Origin: Candidatus Shapirobacteria bacterium
Lineage (GTDB): Bacteria > Patescibacteriota > Microgenomatia > UBA12405
Direction of reading: 5' to 3'
NCBI GenBank assembly: GCA_041659325.1
Contig: JBAZYN010000003.1
Span: forward strand, 71,296-135,295
DNA length: 64,000 nucleotides
Shown piece by piece: positions 56,332-64,000 of the stretch. Each line of letters starts with the position of its first letter. Position 1 is the stretch's first letter. The notes under the pieces were generated by a model, which was not told the DNA's origin, made no database searches, and saw nothing but the letters and a program-made list of their open reading frames with translations. The position numbers and the translations under genes were made by a program.

Positions 56332-56835
56332 GTGGCAAGACAAAATATAGAGACGACTGTCGGACCTCAGAAACTGCCTTCACAGCAGGAGATTGATGTT
56401 TTGGAAAAACAGGAAGAGGCCGAAGTGGTATCAGGCTTGGTAAAAAAATCAAACCGGATATTGGCCTCGATTTCTACCCATAGGCTCCCAATTGATTTGT
56501 TTCCCGACACCCTCAATATTGAGGAGGGAAGAATTACCATAATTATTCGTAATTATTTTTTTTCGTCCCAAGTGCATAGCGTGGATATTAAGGATATTTC
56601 CAATATACTTATTAATATGACCCCGTTTTTTGCTCAGTTGGTGGTGGTTTCAAAAACTTTTACCAAAAATGATATAAGGATAAGTGGTTTGAGAAGGGAC
56701 GAGGCAATTTTTGCCAGAAGAATTATTGAGGGATTGAGAACCTTTGAGGAGAAACAAATAGATACTTCTGCTTATACCAAGGAAGAACTAGTGGCAAAAC
56801 TGGAAGAACTGAGTACGACTGAGATAGTGACGTAG
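56332..56835 (+). CDS. hypothetical protein
   Basis: 167-aa ORF. Confidence 0.45.
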   Translation: MARQNIETTVGPQKLPSQQEIDVLEKQEEAEVVSGLVKKSNRILASISTHRLPIDLFPDTLNIEEGRITIIIRNYFFSSQVHSVDIKDISNILINMTPFFAQLVVVSKTFTKNDIRISGLRRDEAIFARRIIEGLRTFEEKQIDTSAYTKEELVAKLEELSTTEIVT

Positions 56836-56860
56836 GAACTTTTGTGGTATTCTTTTTGAG

Positions 56861-57298
56861 ATGAAAAAGTGTGATTGCGAGCTATGTAAATTTGAAAATC
56901 CGAAGCCAACTGTGACGGCCGTTATAATCAGGGATGGTAAAATTTTGGTATTAAAAAGAAATGAAAATCCTTTTGCGGGAGAGTGGGATTTTGCCGGTGG
57001 TTATTTACAAAAAAACGAGACACCCGAAGAGGCCTTGAAGAGAGAGCTAAAAGAAGAGTTGGGAGTTGAAAGTGATCTTAAATTTTTGGGGTATTTTGCC
57101 GGAACAGCCAGCTATCATGATTATGAGTTCCCGGTGATAAACATTGCTTATTACGCCAACCTTTTGGGGGATATCAAACTAAATACTGAAGAAAATTCAG
57201 AAGTTGTGTGGATGCCTATATCAGAACTCGAGACGGTGGCTTTTGACTCAAACCAAAAAATACTTAAATATATAAAGAAGCAGAAACGGGAGGATTAG
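56861..57298 (+). CDS. NUDIX hydrolase with an N-terminal zinc ribbon
   Basis: CDCELCKFEN; GGYLQKNETPEEALKRELKEELGV. Confidence 0.8.
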   Translation: MKKCDCELCKFENPKPTVTAVIIRDGKILVLKRNENPFAGEWDFAGGYLQKNETPEEALKRELKEELGVESDLKFLGYFAGTASYHDYEFPVINIAYYANLLGDIKLNTEENSEVVWMPISELETVAFDSNQKILKYIKKQKRED

Positions 57299-57353
57299 AG
57301 CTTGAGAGACGTTGCTGGAAACGGGTGAGAGTGACATGATATACTGAGGGAGT

Positions 57354-58043
57354 ATGGTTAAAGATGCTTTGCGTGTGAGTTGGGAGCCCGTTGGTCTTAA
57401 AGACCCTATCAGGCCACCCGGAAGAGAGGAGTTAGTTTTGGGTTCGCAGTCGGGTAGGGGTTATTTTGACAAAGCAGTATTTAGAGTTAAGTTTGGCGAA
57501 AGGACAACGAGAGTAGGCAGGAGTGTCCCCGGTGGAGGGACAACGATTGAGACGGTGAGGGTGGACGAAGAATACGGAAGATTAATTTCTCAAGCGAGAG
57601 AGGCAGAAACACGTGGGGATGGCGAGGGATACTTCCAAGCGGTAAGCCAATTGGCCCATTTTATGGGGCAAGAGATAGGTGAAGACCCAGGAAACCAGCG
57701 TGGAGGGGATATGGGAAACACCAGGGTAGCGGCAGGAAGGGCGTTGAGTAATATGGGCATAAACGACGAAACATCTGTAATTTCGACGGGTGAAGATTGG
57801 GTGACAGAAAGCGACACATTGAACAATCAGAGGATACCTCATCAATCCGGTACTGACGGGGCGAATTTGTCCGAAGGTGTTGGAACCGATGCCGTGGGTA
57901 TGTTTAATACCAGAGGATGTGGCTATATTACAGCGAAATTGGTAGATGGACACCATGAAATGAGAGGGCGTACGGTAATTAGACCACATAGCCCGAAGGT
58001 GGTGGAAATCCATGTAACAGGGTTCAGGGGGCCTGGCCGCTGA
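57354..58043 (+). CDS. hypothetical Gly-rich protein (GC-elevated)
   Basis: 229-aa ORF. Confidence 0.45.
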   Translation: MVKDALRVSWEPVGLKDPIRPPGREELVLGSQSGRGYFDKAVFRVKFGERTTRVGRSVPGGGTTIETVRVDEEYGRLISQAREAETRGDGEGYFQAVSQLAHFMGQEIGEDPGNQRGGDMGNTRVAAGRALSNMGINDETSVISTGEDWVTESDTLNNQRIPHQSGTDGANLSEGVGTDAVGMFNTRGCGYITAKLVDGHHEMRGRTVIRPHSPKVVEIHVTGFRGPGR

Positions 58044-58145
58044 GCGGAAAAACTTCTTTCGTAAAATACCCGATTGAGTTTGTGGAAAAAATTTCGGAAC
58101 TTTAGAGAGAGATTTTGTAGATTTTTGATTTGATAAAATGAAGAT

Positions 58146-58760
58146 ATGGGAACTAATAGAATTTCCGGTGATTTAGTTTTTCTTGAACCACTAAAGTCTG
58201 AGGAAAAAATACAAATTATTGATTGGAATAAAGATCCTGAAGTTTCTAAATATACGGAGCCTTGGGATTTTAGTGAGATAGATTCTAAAAGTATTAGTTT
58301 TGGAATACACGACAAAATCTCTTCGAAGCTAATTGGAGATGTAGGAATAAGCTCGATTGATCTAAAAAATAAACACGCAGAAATTGGCCTGACTATTGGT
58401 AATAAAAATTGTTGGGGGAAAGGATTCGGGACTGATACTGTTAAAACAATTTTAAAATATTGTTTCGAGGATTTAAAATTAATCAAAATATTTTTGGATG
58501 TTTGGGTAGAAAACGAGAGAGCGATTGGATGTTATATAAAATGCGGGTTTAAAAAAGATGGCATTTTGAGAGAACATGTTTTTAAAGATGGAACGTATCA
58601 CGACAAATTGATAATGAGTATTTTGGATAGAGAATATAAAAAGCATGTTAGTCCGACTAGAAATTTTCTGTCACTTAAGGGGTCGGTAAAATCTTTGAGA
58701 AAATCTTCTGATAAAAAGATGGATAAAAATATTTTGTCCTATGTAAAAGACGCCAGGTAA
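58146..58760 (+). CDS. GNAT family N-acetyltransferase (RimJ/RimL-like)
   Basis: AEIGLTIGNKNCWGKGFGTDTVKTILKYCFEDL. Confidence 0.8.
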   Translation: MGTNRISGDLVFLEPLKSEEKIQIIDWNKDPEVSKYTEPWDFSEIDSKSISFGIHDKISSKLIGDVGISSIDLKNKHAEIGLTIGNKNCWGKGFGTDTVKTILKYCFEDLKLIKIFLDVWVENERAIGCYIKCGFKKDGILREHVFKDGTYHDKLIMSILDREYKKHVSPTRNFLSLKGSVKSLRKSSDKKMDKNILSYVKDAR

Positions 58761-58799
58761 ATATCTTAGTTTGGGCAAAAAATACGGAGATAAATTTGT

Positions 58800-58860
58800 A
58801 AAGATTGCCACGTCGTCCTGATTAACATCGAGGACTCCTCGCAATGACGGGTTAGAGAGA
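58800..58860. repeat. gattgccac-hairpin-cgcaatgacgg module
   Basis: aagattgccacgtcgtcctgattaacatcgaggactcctcgcaatgacggg. Confidence 0.75.
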
Positions 58861-58935
58861 GATTTGGGAGGGTGTTGCACCGAATGACCGATCGTGTTAC
58901 ACTGTATCAGTGTACTAGCTTGTTAGTACTGATAT

Positions 58936-59187
58936 ATGAAAAATAAAGATATAAAAGAACTAATAAAAACCCTGCTTAGCACAAAAACTGAAAGCGAAAT
59001 GTTTGATCTGCTAAAAGGGCTTTTGACCTCCGGTGAGCTTGGTGAAATATCAAGCAGGTTAAGCATAGTAAGACTATTAAAAGAAGGGGTGCCTCAACGC
59101 AAAATAGCCGATAAATTAAGAGTGGGGATAGCAACTGTTACCCGGGGCTCGAGAGAGCTAAAAAACGGCAGATTTAAGAATATATAA
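58936..59187 (+). CDS. TrpR/YerC-family DNA-binding protein
   Basis: ...EISSRLSIVRLLKEGVPQRKIADKLRVGIATVTRGSRELKNG. Confidence 0.7.
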   Translation: MKNKDIKELIKTLLSTKTESEMFDLLKGLLTSGELGEISSRLSIVRLLKEGVPQRKIADKLRVGIATVTRGSRELKNGRFKNI

Positions 59188-59200
59188 TTATATTGAACAG

Positions 59201-59905
59201 ATGAAGAATACGAAAAAGATCGGCATTATCGGCGGGGTCGGCCCACAAGCGACTCAATTTATCTTTGAAAAAATAATTAATTTTTCTCAGATTAAATACG
59301 GGGCTAAAAACAACAATGATTATCCGCAGATTTTGATTGAAAGCGTGCCTGTGCCAGATTTTATATCTGATACAAATCAAATAGAAATTGCCAAAGTAAT
59401 GCTAACCGAATCGGCCCGATCCCTGACAAGGGCGGGGGCGACAAGACTGTGTATTGGCAGTAATACGGTTCACATATTACTTGAGGAATTGAGAAAAAGT
59501 ACCGAAATTCAGTTTATGTCGATGATTGAATTGGTGGCTCAAAATTGCGTAAAACAGGGCTTTAGTAAAGTTGGCCTGTTGGGAACACCGGTTTTAGTTA
59601 AATCGAGATTGTATGACAAAGAACTGGAAAAGAACGGCATTGAACTAATTTCGCCGACTGGAAATGAAGTTAAAATTGCTGACAGCATTATCCGTGAAGT
59701 GCTAGCGGGCAAAAAAGAATTTCGTAAAAAACAGGAATATATCGGAGCATTGAATAATCTTTTTAAAAGAGGGAGTGAGGCAATAATACTCGGATGTACT
59801 GAGCTTCCATTGGCGATTAACTACGAAGCACTAGGGAACAAGATGATTAGCTCAGATGAAGTTCTGGCTGAAGGAATCGTGGATTACTATTACAGATTGG
59901 AGTGA
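59201..59905 (+). CDS. aspartate/glutamate racemase family protein
   Basis: IGIIGGVGPQAT and ILGCTELPL motifs. Confidence 0.8.
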   Translation: MKNTKKIGIIGGVGPQATQFIFEKIINFSQIKYGAKNNNDYPQILIESVPVPDFISDTNQIEIAKVMLTESARSLTRAGATRLCIGSNTVHILLEELRKSTEIQFMSMIELVAQNCVKQGFSKVGLLGTPVLVKSRLYDKELEKNGIELISPTGNEVKIADSIIREVLAGKKEFRKKQEYIGALNNLFKRGSEAIILGCTELPLAINYEALGNKMISSDEVLAEGIVDYYYRLE

Positions 59906-59924
59906 TAAAAAATATAGGGATAAA

Positions 59925-60050
59925 CAAGTAAAAGATTGCCACCCTTCGACATGCTCAGGGCAAGTCCTTCGACTGGCTCAGGATAAACTAGCTCGGAACT
60001 CCCACCACAGGCCCTCCAAAGGCGGGTAAACGGGCAGGCGCCATGACGGG
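59925..60050. repeat. Mosaic repeat block
   Basis: ...cccttcgacatgctcagggcaagtccttcgactggctcaggataaactagctc... (compare 7320-7380 and 1-40). Confidence 0.8.
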
Positions 60051-61949
60051 TTAGAGAGAAATTTTGTAGATTTTTTGGTCGGAGCAGAGGACAAAAATTT
60101 GATTGGTTTTTTCATAAAAAACCAGGTCGAGGATTTTGAGGTCACCGTAGTTGTAACTACTTTTGTATTTACCTGTTTTGTCGTAGACATAGACGATATT
60201 GTCGTTGTCGGAAAAGACTATGGTTTCGGAATCGGTACCGATATTTAAATGGGCGGTTTTGGTGAGGGCGGAAACAGATTGGAGGGCAAAATTTTCTTTG
60301 ACACCACGAGTGTAGGCGGTGAGACGACCGGAAGCTGATAAAACCCAAACCTTGCCATTGATGGCGAGATTTGTTGAATCACTATCGAGGGACTCCCCTG
60401 CTTTGAGCCATGACTGTGGCGGCCCAAAAACCGAATCGGCGGGGGTTGATTTCCAAATAGAAGAATTGGCCGGATCAAGAAGATAAAGAGCGTTAGTCCA
60501 GAAATAAAGGCTAACGGGTTTGGTCGGTTTCGGAGAGGTGGTGATTTTCGAGAAAGCGAGCACTTCCGGTGAGCCGGTTTTGGTTATTTGAAAAACACCG
60601 GTTTCGGTAAGGGAAAATAATTTGCCTTCACTTACAGCAAAAGCCAATCCTTTGTTGATATCTTTGTCCTGTGAAAAGACGGAATTGTTTCTGTCGGGGA
60701 TTTCGACACTGTCTACCCGACTGGCGGCTGAGTCAATAATCAACAAAGAATCTCTGCTTAGCAACATACGGGAATACTGGGGGCTGTCGACAATAACGCC
60801 ATTGTCGGCGTAAAACTCGGGTTTGTACTCTGAGGCAGAACCAGATTGGGAGAGAATTTGAGTGATGTCCTGTTTATATTTTTCAACCTCCTGAGGGTGG
60901 ATTTTTAGGGCAGAAATTTTGTCCAAAATCGACTGGGCGTTTCTGGCTTCCTTGATGGCATCTTCGAGATTCATGTTTTTTACGGCAAGAGAATTGGCAA
61001 TCCGGGATTCTATCTCGGTTTTTAATTGCTGATACTGGGCTTCCTGTGATTTTTGGCGGTTTTGGACAAATCCATAGTACGAACCGGCGCCGAGGGCGAT
61101 TAATATAAAAACGGCGACGATATTGTTGATTTTGGTGCGGTGCTTTTTGACACTACTTTCCTGACTAGAGACAAAAATTGGCTTGGGCGAGAAAAACTTT
61201 TTAAAAAAGCCGGGGTTAATTCTTTTAGGGGTGAAACCCGATTTGACTTGAGGGAATACTTTTGGGGACGGGGGCGGGTTGTCGACGGGGGGTTTGGCGG
61301 TAACTTCGGGAAGAGAGGGGATGGTATTTTCATCGTCTGAAATGATTTGAACTATAACGGCCGAGGCACCTGACTGGTCGTCCAAAGAATAAAGCTCGGA
61401 GAGAAAATTTTCTTCGATATTTTGAATTTTGGTGTCGGAAATTATATTTTTGATTTTTTCCCAGGTTATTTTTTGCTGAAATATTTTGGTAGAAAGAAGG
61501 ACTTTGTCGCCGGAGGTAATTTTGCCGGAAATTATTTTGGTATTGAAATCGTTGATGTCCAGTAACCGGCTGATTTGCTGACCCCGACTGAGAGTGCAAA
61601 CTCCTGATTTGCAAACACCCGTATGTAGGGTATCCTGATGGACAATGACGAGAACTAGATCGGTGATGATATCCGACAAAGAGCTTTTGGCCACCGACTC
61701 TAAACAATACTGAAGCGAGGCATCGACTTGATCGTGGGGGGAAGAATAATAAAATTGATTGATTTCGGAAATTATGGATTTACCTGTTTTGATAATTTCC
61801 GGGTCGATTTCGGGAGTTGAGATGTTTAAGAGGCCGAAAAGGTGGCCTCTTTTTGAGGCAACTGAAAAATCATCTGATTCGTTTTCCCAAAATTGGGCCC
61901 AATTGTTGGCGTTGTGTTTTCCGATAAATGACCGACAGATGAAATGCAT
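60051..61949 (-). CDS. hypothetical large protein (cytoplasmic N-terminal domain, one TM, coiled coil, extracytoplasmic beta-rich C-terminal domain)
   Basis: 632-aa ORF; TM IVAVFILIALGAGSYYGFV. Confidence 0.55.
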   Translation of the reverse strand: MHFICRSFIGKHNANNWAQFWENESDDFSVASKRGHLFGLLNISTPEIDPEIIKTGKSIISEINQFYYSSPHDQVDASLQYCLESVAKSSLSDIITDLVLVIVHQDTLHTGVCKSGVCTLSRGQQISRLLDINDFNTKIISGKITSGDKVLLSTKIFQQKITWEKIKNIISDTKIQNIEENFLSELYSLDDQSGASAVIVQIISDDENTIPSLPEVTAKPPVDNPPPSPKVFPQVKSGFTPKRINPGFFKKFFSPKPIFVSSQESSVKKHRTKINNIVAVFILIALGAGSYYGFVQNRQKSQEAQYQQLKTEIESRIANSLAVKNMNLEDAIKEARNAQSILDKISALKIHPQEVEKYKQDITQILSQSGSASEYKPEFYADNGVIVDSPQYSRMLLSRDSLLIIDSAASRVDSVEIPDRNNSVFSQDKDINKGLAFAVSEGKLFSLTETGVFQITKTGSPEVLAFSKITTSPKPTKPVSLYFWTNALYLLDPANSSIWKSTPADSVFGPPQSWLKAGESLDSDSTNLAINGKVWVLSASGRLTAYTRGVKENFALQSVSALTKTAHLNIGTDSETIVFSDNDNIVYVYDKTGKYKSSYNYGDLKILDLVFYEKTNQIFVLCSDQKIYKISL

Positions 61950-61954
61950 TATTC

Positions 61955-62080
61955 TAGTATAGAGTCTAAAAGTCTCAAAGTCTAAAAGCCATGCCTGCCG
62001 GCAGGCAGGTCTGAAAGTTTCAAAGTCGAAAAGTCGAAAGTCTCAAAGTTTCAAAGTCTAAAAGTTAAAAGACTGAAAAT
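61955..62080. repeat. 9-bp tandem (gtctNaaag) array interrupted by ccatgcctgccggcaggcagg
   Basis: agagtctaaaagtctcaaagtctaaaag...gtctgaaagtttcaaagtcgaaaagtcgaaagtctcaaagtttcaaagtctaaaagttaaaag. Confidence 0.85.
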
Positions 62081-62296
62081 TTAAAGAAAAACGATGGCGA
62101 GGATTATGAGGAGGATGGAAAAAAGCAGATGTAAGTAGGAAAAAGCAATTAAAATGGCATTGAATTTATCATAAACATTGCTAGACATGGAAGTGACCTG
62201 CTTGACAATAACAATAGAGAAAATGAAATATAAAATAGTGCCCAGAATAGCGAATAATTTTCCGGCTAAAAGCATGAGGGTATTGATTTGTAACAC
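62081..62296 (-). CDS. small two-TM membrane protein
   Basis: 71-aa hydrophobic ORF. Confidence 0.4.
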   Translation of the reverse strand: MLQINTLMLLAGKLFAILGTILYFIFSIVIVKQVTSMSSNVYDKFNAILIAFSYLHLLFSILLIILAIVFL

Positions 62297-63156
62297 TATT
62301 TTATCCTCCCTTCGAGGGTTTCCTGCTCTTCTTCCCCTCTCATTTGCTGCAAGACTTTTATGACCAAACCTGGGTTGGGAACTAGCTCGACTCTAATAAC
62401 CGGAATTTCTGAGGCGGTTTGGATAAGAACGGTACCGTAGTTAAAAATGGTTTGGCTGACACCACCCTGAGTGGAGGTAACATCCTGAATCATGGATATT
62501 TTGGCTTCGGAAAATTTCTTGCTCAACATGTTGTAAAAATCAATATCGATTACCCTTTCTTCGGTGATAATAAAAACGTTGAAATACCAGGAGAGAAAAC
62601 TTTCAAAGGCGATAGCGAAAGTGACTAAGTACCAAAAAAGAACAAAAACGGTCTGGTACCGGCCCGGGAAAAAACTAAGTAAGGGGATAAAAGACAGGAG
62701 AAATGGGGCTAATAACATAAAGAGGCAGATGATGATCCATTTAACGTTGGTAAACCAGTGACGGCGTAAAACAAGAATTATTTCCTCTTCGTCGTCGCGG
62801 GTATCGAAAGTAAACACTTTGGGGCGAGCCAGAAAGGAAGAGAGGGGGCTAGTAGTTTTCCCCTGGATTAATTCATATATTTTTTGGCGGAATTTCATGT
62901 TGGCGGATTTATCGGATTCCGAGGATGGTGGCGGTGAATTACGTGTGGGTGGTGGTGTTTGGGACTGCGGAGGATGGATCGGAGCTGAAGCGGAAGGGAC
63001 AATTTTGGGTTTCTTTTTTTTGGGAGACTCGGAGGGCTTTAGGATAGTAGTAGTAGTGGTTGGTGGAGGGCTGACGGGAGATGGGTCCGACTTCGCTGAA
63101 GCTTCGACGGATAAATCATCGGGGGCGATTGCATCTAAATCTTTTGCGCGTGGCAT
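62296..63156 (-). CDS. bacterial PH-domain (bPH_2/YdbT-like) membrane protein with a Pro/Ser-rich N-terminus
   Basis: ...EIILVLRRHWFTNVKWIIICLFMLLAPFLL... Confidence 0.55.
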   Translation of the reverse strand: MPRAKDLDAIAPDDLSVEASAKSDPSPVSPPPTTTTTILKPSESPKKKKPKIVPSASAPIHPPQSQTPPPTRNSPPPSSESDKSANMKFRQKIYELIQGKTTSPLSSFLARPKVFTFDTRDDEEEIILVLRRHWFTNVKWIIICLFMLLAPFLLSFIPLLSFFPGRYQTVFVLFWYLVTFAIAFESFLSWYFNVFIITEERVIDIDFYNMLSKKFSEAKISMIQDVTSTQGGVSQTIFNYGTVLIQTASEIPVIRVELVPNPGLVIKVLQQMRGEEEQETLEGRIK

Positions 63157-63227
63157 GAGTTATTGTAACATTTTGAAGACTGGCTAATTAAATTATACTA
63201 AGTTGTCGAAATTTAATAGGTGATTGG

Positions 63228-63983
63228 CTAAAAGGTGACACGGTGGGGAAGACCCCAGTCGTCTTTGATATAACGCTCCCTTGGTGTGGCATAAACTGCC
63301 GCGGCCCTTTCAGGCCAGGTATTGGCACATCTGACTGTAATACCGGTTAGACTGGTAAGTAGGGCAGCGTGACCCGGATGACCATCCGCCTTCAGGCGAT
63401 CGGCTCTTTGCTTCTGTTGACTTTCCCAGTCATCGGTAGCTTTGCCTACTACGGCAAGCATTCTGTCTAGGGCCCATCTATCTTGATCCCTGGCTTGCGA
63501 TTCATCAAAAAACGAGTGGGGGTATTTTCCGTGGTGGTAATGATGCGCCCAGGCGGTCACAACATCCCTGCGGAAATTGCTTCCGCTTGAGGCGGACTGA
63601 GTGGCGGCTTCCATAAATTCGTTTGTCGGCCCGTGAGAAGTTAGTGCCCCAACACAGGCGGCAAACTCGGAGACAACTGTGTTGTATAGTGGTTTTAAAT
63701 GTTGGGCGTTAAGAGGAAAGGACAGTCCAGCCACTGAGCATTTAGGGAGAACCGGCGCTAAGGGGCTTAGTTGGACCGGATTTACTACCCCATTGGCCGT
63801 TACTGTGGGGGTTATGGCAATTTGTATATCCATAATCGCTACGACAGGATTTTGCCGGGCGGCTAATTGTTGAGATAATTCTAAGGGAGAAAGACCCCCA
63901 AAAGGAAACATCAATACTTGGGGGGCTTTGGCTGAACTAACCTTAACTAGGGTACCAATGTCAATCGACATAAATTGAAGCAT
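63228..63983 (-). CDS. hypothetical protein (GC-elevated; may extend past the window end)
   Basis: 251-aa ORF, His-rich patch AWAHHYHHGKYPH. Confidence 0.45.
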   Translation of the reverse strand: MLQFMSIDIGTLVKVSSAKAPQVLMFPFGGLSPLELSQQLAARQNPVVAIMDIQIAITPTVTANGVVNPVQLSPLAPVLPKCSVAGLSFPLNAQHLKPLYNTVVSEFAACVGALTSHGPTNEFMEAATQSASSGSNFRRDVVTAWAHHYHHGKYPHSFFDESQARDQDRWALDRMLAVVGKATDDWESQQKQRADRLKADGHPGHAALLTSLTGITVRCANTWPERAAAVYATPRERYIKDDWGLPHRVTF

Positions 63984-64000
63984 AGAAGGAGGTAGCGCCT

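Overview
Low-GC (~40-45%) bacterial chromosomal segment. The gene content looks like a small-genome, CPR/Patescibacteria-like organism, but that is an inference from an archaeal-type short TIM, a short ValS, many small membrane proteins and almost no metabolism. Housekeeping genes I can support: dnaG-rpoD, uppS, rplY, valS, the t6A genes (a tsaC-tsaE fusion and tsaD), rnhA, tpiA, dut, smpB with a tmRNA (ssrA) I located by its tag reading frame, and three tRNAs (two with CAU and one with UAU). Also present: alaX, comF, ZIP and ABC-SBP transporters, a VanW protein, three NUDIX and two GNAT proteins, a Crp/Fnr regulator, and a cluster of small stress-type membrane proteins.

What stands out:
(1) The window is saturated with a modular family of short GC-rich palindromic repeats. 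Four copies of these repeats sit IN FRAME inside essential tRNA-related genes: valS, tsaD, and twice in the tsaE half of tsaC-tsaE. This is analogous to Rickettsia palindromic elements.
(2) Insertions directly behind stop codons are repeatedly flanked by direct duplications of the host gene's 3' end, from 18 to ~110 bp. This occurs at the permease, VirB4-like, uppS and nuclease genes. It suggests miniature integrative elements or cassettes that target gene termini.
(3) A ~1.2 kb ~65% GC island encodes a PT-linker secreted protein that is foreign to this genome.
(4) A solo VirB4/VirD4-superfamily ATPase lies beside a Xer-like tyrosine recombinase that is co-transcribed with two paralogous Cys-rich small proteins, with copies of the recombinase gene's 3' end scattered through the locus.
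(5) There is a candidate sRNA with a consensus promoter and an intrinsic terminator.

No CRISPR array, reverse transcriptase or prophage was seen.
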